A stretch of DNA of 64,000 nucleotides from a phage. The translations under genes and the position numbers were made by a program. Location of the stretch: assembly GCA_012690745.1 (NCBI GenBank), contig GCA_012690745.1_4086.2; one strand, given 5' to 3'. Of this stretch, positions 8,136-15,588 are shown in pieces. The notes under the pieces are model-generated. The model had not been told where the DNA came from. It searched no databases and saw only the letters and a program-made list of their open reading frames with translations. How positions within the stretch are numbered: position 1 is the stretch's first letter; each line of letters begins with the position of its first letter.

Positions 8136-8363
8136 ATGGCTATCGTAATCGCTTATGTAACTGGTACTACTGGCACTTCTTCTACTGTTGCTGTAATTAC
8201 CAACAAGAAAGGTGCGGAATTACATTCTGCAATGGATACCTGGGCGGTAAATGAGTTCGGTCAGTGGGCAAGTGTAGCATATGTTGAAACCTATCAAGTG
8301 CCAACCATTAGCTTAACGGATCTCGGTGTAGATCGTATCCTTTGCCTGGATGAATTAAATTAA
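8136..8363 (+). CDS. hypothetical protein
   Basis: Trimmed from track 8079 (ATG in -10) to ATG 8136, RBS AAGGA; starts MAIVIAYV. Confidence 0.6.
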   Translation: MAIVIAYVTGTTGTSSTVAVITNKKGAELHSAMDTWAVNEFGQWASVAYVETYQVPTISLTDLGVDRILCLDELN

Positions 8364-8371
8364 AAAAGTAC

Positions 8372-8399
8372 TTGCAAAGTAAATCAGATAAAGTATAAT
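8372..8399 (+). promoter_or_regulatory. sigma70-like promoter with 5' hairpin (8412-8430)
   Basis: -35 TTGCAA 8372-8377, -10 TATAAT 8394-8399. Confidence 0.7.
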
Positions 8400-8449
8400 A
8401 CATTACATCAAGGGGAGAAATGGTTCTCCCTGATAATGAGGAAACTAAT

Positions 8450-8593
8450 ATGAAAACTTGTCAATGTGGTAAAAAATCTATTACTGGTTTAAAGCGGGGC
8501 GTTGCTCTTTGCCAGTACCATTATAATTTACAAGTATGGGGTAAAGAATGGGCCGACCAGGTGGAAGCAGCAAAGAAAGCAAAAAGTAAGTAA
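8450..8593 (+). CDS. hypothetical small Cys-rich protein (47 aa, possible zinc ribbon; not in ORF track)
   Basis: ATG 8450 after RBS GAGGAA; CQCG...CQYH spacing. Confidence 0.45.
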   Translation: MKTCQCGKKSITGLKRGVALCQYHYNLQVWGKEWADQVEAAKKAKSK

Positions 8594-8612
8594 AATTATT
8601 ATCACAGTACTA

Positions 8613-8641
8613 TTGACATAGATTGATAGTACTGGCATAAT
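8613..8641 (+). promoter_or_regulatory. sigma70-like promoter (TTGACA-N17-CATAAT class)
   Basis: -35 TTGACA 8613-8618, -10 CATAAT 8636-8641; same architecture at 11472, 11751, 12274, 19570. Confidence 0.65.
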
Positions 8642-8674
8642 AGATTTTATCAAGACAACTAAGAGGAAATTAAA

Positions 8675-9019
8675 ATGGCTAATATCAACACTATCGCAAA
8701 ACAAAATATCAACCTGTCTTCTGTTGAAGTTGTACATATTGCCGCTCGGCGTTGGTTCCAGGCTTCATATGGTAACACTTATTTCTCTTTAAGTGTAGAC
8801 GTAGAAATTGATGGTAATTTTATTGAAGTAGTAAACGTGCCGTTCCAATATGGATACGGGGATCACTTTGACACTGTAGCAATGGAAGAATTTAGCAAGG
8901 TTATTAATATGGAAGATAAAGAGTTTTTACGCGGTTCTTATCTTTCCCGTTTTTGCCGTGACAATAATATCACTGTTTACAGTTCGGTAACTGATGTTAA
9001 ACGCAAAAAAGATCTTTAA
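8675..9019 (+). CDS. hypothetical protein (paralog of 15589..15912)
   Basis: Track ORF; RBS AGAGGAA; shares GNTY...YGYG...DVKRKKD with 15589..15912. Confidence 0.6.
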   Translation: MANINTIAKQNINLSSVEVVHIAARRWFQASYGNTYFSLSVDVEIDGNFIEVVNVPFQYGYGDHFDTVAMEEFSKVINMEDKEFLRGSYLSRFCRDNNITVYSSVTDVKRKKDL

Positions 9020-9099
9020 TTAGCTTTACTTTATGCAGATACTTTGATACAGTGTCTGCATAGGGGAAAGAAATTAAATCAACTTAAGAGGATAGTAAA

Positions 9100-9369
9100 A
9101 TGAAAAATATCAGTACTTTAATCGATGCAGGTACACATGTTCGTCGGTCTATGGTTGCAACCAGTTCTACAAAACAAGTACCAAGCGGTTATCTTGTATT
9201 TGTGCACGATGGAAAACTCCTGGAACGTTCAATCAATTTTGATGTTAAAAACAATTGCCGTTTTATTATCTTTAAGCGTGAACAATATAAAATTGATTTG
9301 CCAGCGAAGCCCATTAGCGGGGCGTACAGCGTACAATCATTGTTTGAGCGTCAACCTTACACCTATTAA
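9100..9369 (+). CDS. hypothetical protein
   Basis: Track ORF; RBS AAGAGGA. Confidence 0.55.
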   Translation: MKNISTLIDAGTHVRRSMVATSSTKQVPSGYLVFVHDGKLLERSINFDVKNNCRFIIFKREQYKIDLPAKPISGAYSVQSLFERQPYTY

Positions 9370-9420
9370 TCAAAACATCGTTAGCGGTCGATTTAGGCCG
9401 CTTATATTGGGGATTATACC

Positions 9421-9693
9421 ATGAACGTTAATCAAGTACTGAATGAGATCGAAAGCATCATTAAACCGATGAAGCGTACTGATGCTATGTTAACACCGGA
9501 AGAATGCCGCCTTTATGAGCGTTACAGCGTCGAACAAGTCCAGGCAATGGCTATGGCTACCCCAGCCGTTTCACCGCCTGAGAATGCGTTACAGGACGTT
9601 ACAGGGGATTATATCATTAATCCAGTACTAGGGAAGATGACTGCAATCACCGAAGATCAAAAAGACTACTTAAGCCAGTACTTAAAAGGTTAA
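9421..9693 (+). CDS. hypothetical protein
   Basis: Track ORF; contains 20-bp segment identical to intergenic 12047-12066. Confidence 0.55.
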   Translation: MNVNQVLNEIESIIKPMKRTDAMLTPEECRLYERYSVEQVQAMAMATPAVSPPENALQDVTGDYIINPVLGKMTAITEDQKDYLSQYLKG

Positions 9694-9698
9694 TTAAT

Positions 9699-9908
9699 AT
9701 GCTTACTGTACAGGATAAGATCGACATCTTAAAGGTTAATATGTATGTGATTGATGCCGTACCTGGTAAAGTATTTGCATACGATGACACCACTGTAAGC
9801 AATTTCTACTATAGCCAGGACGTGGGGGATCTTTCTGTACAGTCGGTTATTGAAAATGTAGTTAATGCAGCGTATGAGCATTTACTTTCAAATAGTACTT
9901 GCAATTAG
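9699..9908 (+). CDS. hypothetical protein
   Basis: Track ORF; 3' end overlaps the next promoter -35. Confidence 0.5.
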   Translation: MLTVQDKIDILKVNMYVIDAVPGKVFAYDDTTVSNFYYSQDVGDLSVQSVIENVVNAAYEHLLSNSTCN

Positions 9909-9926
9909 TTTTTAAACGCGTATAAT
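9899..9926 (+). promoter_or_regulatory. sigma70-like promoter with 5' hairpin (9939-9958)
   Basis: -35 TTGCAA 9899-9904, -10 TATAAT 9921-9926. Confidence 0.7.
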
Positions 9927-9977
9927 GTTTTACATGAAGGGGAGAAATGATTCTCCCCACTAATTAAGGAATATGAA

Positions 9978-10124
9978 ATGAAAGCATCAAAAAAGAGTAA
10001 TACTAAGAAAGCATGTTCACCTTTCGCTGGGGTATTCCCTTTACGTTTCGTTGATGAAGTGGTTTCCTACCCGCCGGGCCTTACTCCTGAGATGGTAGAA
10101 AGTTTGCGTAAATCTAAAAAATAA
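9978..10124 (+). CDS. hypothetical small basic protein (48 aa; not in ORF track)
   Basis: ATG 9978 after RBS AAGGAA; stop TAA 10122-10124. Confidence 0.45.
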   Translation: MKASKKSNTKKACSPFAGVFPLRFVDEVVSYPPGLTPEMVESLRKSKK

Positions 10125-10127
10125 TAC

Positions 10128-10155
10128 TTGCAATTAGTTTTTAGTACTGTATAAT
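10128..10155 (+). promoter_or_regulatory. sigma70-like promoter with 5' hairpin
   Basis: -35 TTGCAA 10128-10133, -10 TATAAT 10150-10155. Confidence 0.7.
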
Positions 10156-10205
10156 TGTTTACATAGAGGGGGAAATGGTTCTCCCCTGATACAAGGAGAA
10201 TCAAA

Positions 10206-10358
10206 ATGAAACAATATAATGCTCGGTTTGATGTTACTATCGGTAACGGCAAAGGTCAATTTTCTTTCAGTACTCGACGCAGTTATACAGAAAACTTCCT
10301 GCGTAATTGTGCACTGACCGCCGCTCAAATTAAACATTATTTTCAGGCTAAAAAATGA
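10206..10358 (+). CDS. hypothetical small protein (50 aa; not in ORF track)
   Basis: ATG 10206 after RBS AAGGAGAA; stop overlaps next start (ATGA). Confidence 0.45.
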   Translation: MKQYNARFDVTIGNGKGQFSFSTRRSYTENFLRNCALTAAQIKHYFQAKK

Positions 10359-10444
10359 AATCATTAGCTTATTACAGTTCGGCCCTGGTCGGTGCATTGA
10401 TCGCGGCGTTGTTAGTAACCTATCTATTCTTTATGGTGATTTAA
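10355..10444 (+). CDS. hypothetical small hydrophobic peptide (29 aa)
   Basis: ATGA-coupled to upstream ORF; sequence MKSLAYYSSALVGALIAALLVTYLFFMVI is one hydrophobic helix. Confidence 0.35.
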   Translation: MKSLAYYSSALVGALIAALLVTYLFFMVI

Positions 10445-10582
10445 ATGAATCCTAACGGTATAATTTACAGTACTCCTAAAACGAAAGCAGATAAAGCGAA
10501 AGCACGTAAAGCGAAAGTAAAGGAGTACATCAAGCAAGGCATGACGCGAAAGGCGGCGATTCTGAAAGCTAAAAATAAATGA
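10445..10582 (+). CDS. hypothetical small lysine-rich protein (45 aa)
   Basis: ATG 10445 one nt after upstream stop; highly basic. Confidence 0.4.
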   Translation: MNPNGIIYSTPKTKADKAKARKAKVKEYIKQGMTRKAAILKAKNK

Positions 10583-10587
10583 AAAAG

Positions 10588-10674
10588 TGGTTGACTTCGG
10601 TCAGCCATTTTGCTATTATATATTCATTGAGAGATAGCTCACTAGCCCACAGGGTGCAGGAGTGTATCTATTGT
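10588..10674 (+). promoter_or_regulatory. Repeated intergenic module copy 1: terminator-like hairpin with embedded TTGACT-N17-TATTAT promoter, then cccacagggtgc element
   Basis: Hairpin tggttgac-ttcg-gtcagcca + TTTT (10588-10611); -35 10591-10596, -10 10614-10619; element 10644-10674. Confidence 0.55.
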
Positions 10675-10723
10675 ATAATGATTGAGTACAGAAAACTATT
10701 TTAAAGTATTTGATAAAAAGTAC

Positions 10724-10751
10724 TTGCATACTATCTCAATAGGCGTATAAT
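10724..10751 (+). promoter_or_regulatory. sigma70-like promoter with 5' hairpin
   Basis: -35 TTGCAT 10724-10729, -10 TATAAT 10746-10751. Confidence 0.7.
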
Positions 10752-10802
10752 GTTTTACATCGCAAGGGGAAACGGTTTCCCCTGGTAATAAGGAAACGAA
10801 TC

Positions 10803-11144
10803 ATGACTATTGCAATTGCTCAATCTAACTTTGAAAACGAAATCATCGCTCAGGCACTGCGTTTAAATGATGGTCGGGCCGAAATCAATTACGGTTTCAA
10901 TAGTGGTGGATGTGAAAAATATCAGTACTTTGTAACGGCTGATGGCTGTGTCCTGGGTATCAATACAGTTATTGTAAACATTCAGAAAATTAATTTCAAT
11001 GATCCAGACGATAGCCAGTTTTACATCACGGGCGTAGACGTGAACTATGAGGATGACTCACTAACTGATGATCACACTGGCGAGAAGTTAGAAAGTGCAT
11101 ACGGTGAAGATGATTATCAGTCCGGTCCAGAAGATTTCGAATAA
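10803..11144 (+). CDS. hypothetical acidic protein
   Basis: Track ORF; RBS AAGGAA. Confidence 0.6.
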   Translation: MTIAIAQSNFENEIIAQALRLNDGRAEINYGFNSGGCEKYQYFVTADGCVLGINTVIVNIQKINFNDPDDSQFYITGVDVNYEDDSLTDDHTGEKLESAYGEDDYQSGPEDFE

Positions 11145-11158
11145 TATTAAAAAATAGT

Positions 11159-11186
11159 TTGACAATAGTTTTTAGTACTGTATAAT
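11159..11186 (+). promoter_or_regulatory. sigma70-like promoter with 5' hairpin
   Basis: -35 TTGACA 11159-11164, -10 TATAAT 11181-11186. Confidence 0.75.
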
Positions 11187-11239
11187 AGTTTACATCAAGG
11201 GGAGAATAGTTCTCCCCACTAACAGAGAGAGAAAACAAA

Positions 11240-11452
11240 ATGGCTAATATCCGCACTGTACTGAAAAATGCAAAACAAGTTTTATTTTCTGATCATGAAA
11301 ATTTCAACAAGGATATCACTGGCGTTCGGAATATCAAAGATGTAAAAAATGTTATGGGTATCTATTGCAATATGAAACGTGTTGGCACGTTCGGCGATAA
11401 AGTACTATACCAGGCAGGGGATTACAATTTTACACTGACTATCATTAACTAA
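11240..11452 (+). CDS. hypothetical protein
   Basis: Track ORF; RBS GAGAGAGA. Confidence 0.55.
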   Translation: MANIRTVLKNAKQVLFSDHENFNKDITGVRNIKDVKNVMGIYCNMKRVGTFGDKVLYQAGDYNFTLTIIN

Positions 11453-11471
11453 AAATATTATCACAGTACTA

Positions 11472-11500
11472 TTGACAACGTTTGATAGTACTGGCATAAT
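11472..11500 (+). promoter_or_regulatory. sigma70-like promoter (TTGACA-N17-CATAAT class)
   Basis: -35 TTGACA 11472-11477, -10 CATAAT 11495-11500. Confidence 0.65.
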
Positions 11501-11543
11501 AACTTTTATCAAGACAACGCATATTAATTTAAGGAATACTAAA

Positions 11544-11723
11544 ATGGCTATTATCGCAAAAACTGAAATCATCGGCCTGGATTCTATCATCATGACGTTT
11601 GAAGATCAAAAAGGGATGTATGTAGTTTCCTATGGTGATTATGTTCGGGAGTATGAAACAGTAGACGAAGCCTTTGAAAGTTACATTCGCCAGGTTAATA
11701 AAGCATACGACGATTACCGCTAA
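11544..11723 (+). CDS. hypothetical protein
   Basis: Trimmed from track 11472 (TTG of the -35) to ATG 11544 with RBS AAGGAA. Confidence 0.5.
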   Translation: MAIIAKTEIIGLDSIIMTFEDQKGMYVVSYGDYVREYETVDEAFESYIRQVNKAYDDYR

Positions 11724-11750
11724 AATATATTACCAGTACTATTAAATCTA

Positions 11751-11778
11751 TTGACAATGTTTGATAGTACTGTATAAT
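11751..11778 (+). promoter_or_regulatory. sigma70-like promoter
   Basis: -35 TTGACA 11751-11756, -10 TATAAT 11773-11778. Confidence 0.7.
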
Positions 11779-11822
11779 AACTTTTATCAACAGTAGTTAA
11801 CTTAACCTAAGAGAGAAAAATC

Positions 11823-11966
11823 ATGACAGCATTAGATTCATTCATCGACGCAGTACTGGCAAAAACTGGCGAGGATCTGACCGCAGAACAATACGCGATG
11901 ATCGAGCAATGCCAGCAAAACGGTAAATCGGTGAAAGATACTGTTAAGATTATCCGCAAGATGTAA
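11823..11966 (+). CDS. hypothetical small protein (47 aa; not in ORF track)
   Basis: ATG 11823 after RBS AGAGAGA; stop TAA 11964-11966. Confidence 0.45.
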   Translation: MTALDSFIDAVLAKTGEDLTAEQYAMIEQCQQNGKSVKDTVKIIRKM

Positions 11967-11972
11967 GATTAT

Positions 11973-12001
11973 AGCCCACTGGTTAACGCTGGTGGGCTTT
12001 A
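11973..12001 (+). terminator. terminator-like hairpin
   Basis: Stem agcccac / gtgggct with 12-nt loop; short T run. Confidence 0.4.
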
Positions 12002-12071
12002 ATCATTTACCCTATACAATGCCAGTACTAAACCGTTTAACTCGTTAGAATGCGTTACAGGACGTTTAACA

Positions 12072-12269
12072 ATGATTAGCATGAAATCAGTACAAAAACA
12101 AATAGAAACATTATCAAAAATTAAACGTAAACAGTACTCCTTAGAATATACAATCAATGGTAACTATCATCTAATGAAAGAAAATAATTTTATAGTCATT
12201 GATGAATCATTGCAGATCATTAGTATAGTACTGAAAGCATTAATCAATGACAGAAAAAAGTTAAAATAA
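12072..12269 (+). CDS. hypothetical protein
   Basis: Track ORF; no strong RBS. Confidence 0.4.
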   Translation: MISMKSVQKQIETLSKIKRKQYSLEYTINGNYHLMKENNFIVIDESLQIISIVLKALINDRKKLK

Positions 12270-12273
12270 TCTA

Positions 12274-12360
12274 TTGACAAATTATGCCAGTACTGGCATA
12301 ATACTTACATCAAGACGAGAACGTCACTAACCCATAGGGTGCACAAATGTAACTATATAA
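12274..12360 (+). promoter_or_regulatory. Promoter (TTGACA-N17-CATAAT) followed by cccatagggtgc element (module variant)
   Basis: -35 12274-12279, -10 12297-12302; element 12327-12360. Confidence 0.55.
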
Positions 12361-12440
12361 TATCGATCAATAAATGATCAAAAAAGTACTGGATCAATTT
12401 AGCATAAGGCGTATAATTCTGATCAAATCTTGATCAAAGG
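12355..12440. repeat. GATC cluster: five GATCAA repeats within ~80 bp in a 250-bp ORF-free region
   Basis: cgatcaataaatgatcaaaaaagtactggatcaa ... ctgatcaaatcttgatcaaagg. Confidence 0.6.
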
Positions 12441-12598
12441 CAATAAACGTAGTTGAAATTATATAGAAAGTACAAAGGCGTTACCATTCGTGGTAATGCT
12501 GGGGAATATGTAGTATCATACGGTTTGAATAAAATCAGTACTAGTAGTATTATTGTAGCATTACAGTACTATAGTATTTTTATAATGAGGTTAAAATA

Positions 12599-12856
12599 AT
12601 GGCTGTTGGATTCGCGAAGGACGGGGCCGAGCAAGACGAGATTAACGCAGTGATTCAGGCCGCTGTAAACCACGCTAGAACGCAAATTAACGCACAAATA
12701 GAATCACTGATACATTGCCTCGACTGCGGCGATAAAATCCCTGAGAATCGCCGCCTGGCCGTTAAGGGGTGTAAGTACTGCATCACTTGCCAGGCTGATC
12801 ATGATAGCATATTCAAACGCAATCCCCGTAATTGTTGGCATAGATCTATGAGATAA
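12599..12856 (+). CDS. DksA/TraR-family C4-type zinc-finger protein
   Basis: CLDCG-DKIPENRRLAVKG-CKYCITCQ matches the four-Cys TraR/DksA finger; RBS GAGG. Confidence 0.7.
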   Translation: MAVGFAKDGAEQDEINAVIQAAVNHARTQINAQIESLIHCLDCGDKIPENRRLAVKGCKYCITCQADHDSIFKRNPRNCWHRSMR

Positions 12857-12862
12857 AAAGTA

Positions 12863-12890
12863 TTGACAGTGCTGTTAGTTAGTGTATAAT
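12863..12890 (+). promoter_or_regulatory. sigma70-like promoter
   Basis: -35 TTGACA 12863-12868, -10 TATAAT 12885-12890. Confidence 0.75.
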
Positions 12891-12919
12891 ATTTTATATC
12901 TTAACTGAGGATTGAAATC

Positions 12920-13276
12920 ATGGGTATACAACATATCACGCGTACTACAGACAATGGTGAGATCACTGGCTATCAAGTACAAGGCAAAGTAGCACAATTG
13001 CAGTACTGGTTTGTTAAACGTGGCATTGTTGCACCGGATCTTGATTATGATCGTGTAGCGTTTATTGATTCTCTTTATGTTGATCCCGATAATCGCGGTA
13101 ACGGTGAAGGTACTGAATTAATGAATGCCTTTATTGATGCCGCCGATGATTCAGATTGTATCATCTTAGAATGCGATACGGGAGAAGATAACGAGTTTAA
13201 TCTTAAAGAATGGTATGAAAGTTTTGGTTTTGAAGTACTGATTAACTGTGAATATCCTATAATGATTTTATCCTAG
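12920..13276 (+). CDS. putative GNAT-family N-acetyltransferase
   Basis: SLYVDPDNRGNGEGTELMNAF resembles GNAT motif A; RBS GAGGA. Confidence 0.5.
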   Translation: MGIQHITRTTDNGEITGYQVQGKVAQLQYWFVKRGIVAPDLDYDRVAFIDSLYVDPDNRGNGEGTELMNAFIDAADDSDCIILECDTGEDNEFNLKEWYESFGFEVLINCEYPIMILS

Positions 13277-13279
13277 TAC

Positions 13280-13307
13280 TTGCATTTAGTTTTAAGTACT
13301 GTATAAT
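13280..13307 (+). promoter_or_regulatory. sigma70-like promoter with 5' hairpin (13320-13338)
   Basis: -35 TTGCAT 13280-13285, -10 TATAAT 13302-13307. Confidence 0.7.
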
Positions 13308-13355
13308 AGTTTACATGAAGGGGAGAATAGTTCTCCCCACTACAAGGAAAGACAA

Positions 13356-13544
13356 ATGCAAAACTTATCAAGTATTTTAGTACAAGATGATTTTGGTAAT
13401 CCTGGAAGTGCTATCATCGTTCGGGGCAATAAGGCAACGTTTGTTATTGCTGGTGGACCTGTACAGCGTAGCATTAAAAACAATGCAGTTACAATCAATA
13501 ATGTTCGCTATCGCTTAGATAAAGAATTGATTCATAAACTGTAA
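13356..13544 (+). CDS. hypothetical protein
   Basis: Track ORF; RBS AAGGAAAGA. Confidence 0.5.
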   Translation: MQNLSSILVQDDFGNPGSAIIVRGNKATFVIAGGPVQRSIKNNAVTINNVRYRLDKELIHKL

Positions 13545-13571
13545 TATTAATTTAATAGAGGATAAAAATAA

Positions 13572-13895
13572 ATGTATATTCATACTACTATCACAAAAGA
13601 AGTTCGTTGTCAATTCGAAAGTATCCCTGGTGTATGTTTCATTACAGGCACTTTCTCACCTGGTGACCGTGATAATCCAGTACTGTTACAGTTACGCCAT
13701 CCATTATGGGATAAAGCATTTGATCTGCCGTTGAATGAATTCGCAACCACTGCTGATAAGTACATTAAAAATATTCGCGAGAATGATTGCCTATTCATTA
13801 ATGCTTTTAGTGATGCCGCGTTAAGTGAGATCCATGCTGTATTGGTTGCAATCATGGAATCAATGGAGAAAACTAAATTCAAACAAGGTGAATAA
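13572..13895 (+). CDS. hypothetical protein
   Basis: Track ORF; RBS AGAGGA. Confidence 0.55.
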   Translation: MYIHTTITKEVRCQFESIPGVCFITGTFSPGDRDNPVLLQLRHPLWDKAFDLPLNEFATTADKYIKNIRENDCLFINAFSDAALSEIHAVLVAIMESMEKTKFKQGE

Positions 13896-13901
13896 AAACT
13901 A

Positions 13902-13929
13902 TTGACAATGTAATCTAGTACTGTATAAT
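13902..13929 (+). promoter_or_regulatory. sigma70-like promoter with 5' hairpin (13942-13961)
   Basis: -35 TTGACA 13902-13907, -10 TATAAT 13924-13929. Confidence 0.75.
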
Positions 13930-13978
13930 AGTTTACATGAAGGGGAGAAATGATTCTCCCCACTAAGAGGAAAGAAAC

Positions 13979-14191
13979 ATGCAAGGTCAACTAATCGTTC
14001 GTAAATGGTCTGATACTAACGAAAAACCGTGGGATGTTCAATATATCGGACCGGACGGTGTTTCACGTTATCAACCTGGCGTAACGCATAGTACTGAGCA
14101 ATATGCCGCCGCTCACCGTGAACGCCTGTTAGAATCTATGAAACAGGGATTCTGTGAAAAATTCATTCAAGATCATTGGCTGAAAGATTAA
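13979..14191 (+). CDS. hypothetical protein
   Basis: Track ORF; RBS AAGAGGAAA. Confidence 0.55.
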   Translation: MQGQLIVRKWSDTNEKPWDVQYIGPDGVSRYQPGVTHSTEQYAAAHRERLLESMKQGFCEKFIQDHWLKD

Positions 14192-14208
14192 TAGAAGGAG
14201 TACAGCTT

Positions 14209-14301
14209 ATGCAAATGAATCCGATGATTGTTGTGTTAGCTGTACTTATGATCATTCATGCCATCGTAGAAGTACTAACACAATCAGGAGTAATACAATG
14301 A
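14209..14301 (+). CDS. hypothetical small hydrophobic peptide (30 aa)
   Basis: ATG 14209 after RBS AAGGAG; MQMNPMIVVLAVLMIIHAIVEVL; stop overlaps next ATG. Confidence 0.35.
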   Translation: MQMNPMIVVLAVLMIIHAIVEVLTQSGVIQ

Positions 14302-14468
14302 TCCAAGTAGAATTATCAGTACTGAAAGATCTGTTTTATCGGTTAGGCACTACTGGCGAATACCCTAAAGGGGATACTGCTAAACTATACATTGCATTGG
14401 ATGTATGGCAACGTAATGAACTGGCTAACGCCTGGCGTAAAGGTAAATCAGAGGGGATTGCAGCATGA
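14298..14468 (+). CDS. hypothetical small protein (56 aa)
   Basis: ATGA-coupled to neighbours. Confidence 0.4.
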   Translation: MIQVELSVLKDLFYRLGTTGEYPKGDTAKLYIALDVWQRNELANAWRKGKSEGIAA

Positions 14469-14614
14469 AAGAATTCTTATTCGAAGTAGTGTTCCAGGGC
14501 GTAGGAAGTAACCAACTGATTCGATCAAGTGGTTACAATGTTAACCAGGCATGGAATAACATTAAACAAATGTACCCGAACGCTATCACATATCGCAACC
14601 CAAAACAAGTTTAA
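14465..14614 (+). CDS. hypothetical small protein (49 aa)
   Basis: ATGA-coupled; stop TAA 14612-14614. Confidence 0.4.
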   Translation: MKEFLFEVVFQGVGSNQLIRSSGYNVNQAWNNIKQMYPNAITYRNPKQV

Positions 14615-14628
14615 AAAGATTTAAAAAA

Positions 14629-14713
14629 GGGATTGACTCCGGTCAGTCCCTTTGCTATTATATATGCATAGAAACAATCTAACCCACAGGGTGCATAAAT
14701 GTATCTATTATAT
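14629..14713 (+). promoter_or_regulatory. Repeated intergenic module copy 2
   Basis: Hairpin gggattgac-tccg-gtcagtccc + TTTG; -35 TTGACT 14633-14638, -10 TATTAT 14656-14661; element 14679-14713. Confidence 0.55.
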
Positions 14714-14761
14714 GCTGGTGGCTAGTACTATCAAGTACTGAAAACTATTTTTAAAAAGTAC

Positions 14762-14789
14762 TTGCATTGTACTTAGAATCAAGTATAAT
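14762..14789 (+). promoter_or_regulatory. sigma70-like promoter driving conserved leader / candidate small RNA (14797-14875)
   Basis: -35 TTGCAT 14762-14767, -10 TATAAT 14784-14789. Confidence 0.65.
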
Positions 14790-14796
14790 GTTTTAC

Positions 14797-14875
14797 ATCA
14801 GGACGGGGAACGAAATAAGTAACCCCGTTAAGTAGTCCAGGAGTAAGACATACGAAAACCTCCCCTGATAAAATA
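14797..14875 (+). ncRNA. candidate small RNA / structured leader (copy 2)
   Basis: Near-identical to 4395-4475 with a few substitutions; again followed by a second promoter. Confidence 0.35.
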
Positions 14876-14877
14876 GT

Positions 14878-14905
14878 TTGACAATAGAAATTAAACGAGT
14901 ATAAT
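14878..14905 (+). promoter_or_regulatory. sigma70-like promoter
   Basis: -35 TTGACA 14878-14883, -10 TATAAT 14900-14905. Confidence 0.7.
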
Positions 14906-14935
14906 ACTTACATCAACCACAAAGAGGAATACAAA

Positions 14936-15136
14936 ATGAAACATTTTACTTTCGGTGTAGTAGGCTTTACAGTATCCAGCGGCGTTTATAAATCAGAACG
15001 CGGTGCTAAAAATGCAGCAAGTCGGGCGTATGGTTCACAGCGTGACTTACAGGTCGGTTATATTAGTAACATTAATAACATGTTTATTCCTGTTTCACAG
15101 CGTAAAGCGGGTAACATGAAATGGGAAACAATTTGA
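14936..15136 (+). CDS. hypothetical protein
   Basis: Track ORF; RBS AAGAGGAA. Confidence 0.5.
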   Translation: MKHFTFGVVGFTVSSGVYKSERGAKNAASRAYGSQRDLQVGYISNINNMFIPVSQRKAGNMKWETI

Positions 15137-15145
15137 TAAAATAGT

Positions 15146-15173
15146 TTGACAATAGTTTTTAGTACTGTATAAT
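15146..15173 (+). promoter_or_regulatory. sigma70-like promoter with 5' hairpin (15186-15204)
   Basis: -35 TTGACA 15146-15151, -10 TATAAT 15168-15173. Confidence 0.75.
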
Positions 15174-15225
15174 ATTTTACATCAAGTGGGGAATAGTTCC
15201 CCACCTAACAAAGAGAGAAATTAAA

Positions 15226-15501
15226 ATGCGGATTCTACTGACAGCTAACGAAATCGAGCAAGTACTGACTACTAACCTGGAAGACTGGAAACGTGATGCA
15301 GATATCCAGGCGGTGCAATGGCTCAATGATAAGTTAACGCCGGATGATTTAAGTAAGATTGTAGATCCACAATTCTATGAAGATATTCACGACACGGCTT
15401 TAAGCGTCGAGGATGTACTTGATAAGCACTACATTGATACTGATTTACATGTTTACGGTCGTAAAAACTTTATCACTATTCACGACATTTACAATACTTA
15501 A
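15226..15501 (+). CDS. hypothetical protein
   Basis: Track ORF; RBS AAGAGAGA. Confidence 0.55.
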   Translation: MRILLTANEIEQVLTTNLEDWKRDADIQAVQWLNDKLTPDDLSKIVDPQFYEDIHDTALSVEDVLDKHYIDTDLHVYGRKNFITIHDIYNT

Positions 15502-15504
15502 GTA

Positions 15505-15532
15505 TTGACAAAGTATCTTAGTACTGTATAAT
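15505..15532 (+). promoter_or_regulatory. sigma70-like promoter with 5' hairpin
   Basis: -35 TTGACA 15505-15510, -10 TATAAT 15527-15532. Confidence 0.75.
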
Positions 15533-15588
15533 AGTTTACATCAAGTGAGGGGAATGGTTCCCTTCCTAACAAAAAGAGAGAAATTAAA

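Noticed and set aside
8030-8254. Alternate-frame + strand track ORFs (8030..8254, 9125..9424, 2133..2315, 2206..2394, 29619..29828, 31139..31345, 38981..39196, 39310..39555, 39798..39989, 46700..46981, 49493..49681, 52296..52484, 57092..57307, 58148..58339, 60904..61098)
   Set aside because: Each overlaps a longer gene that has a promoter or RBS and, in the arrays, a conserved family motif; they have no independent support.
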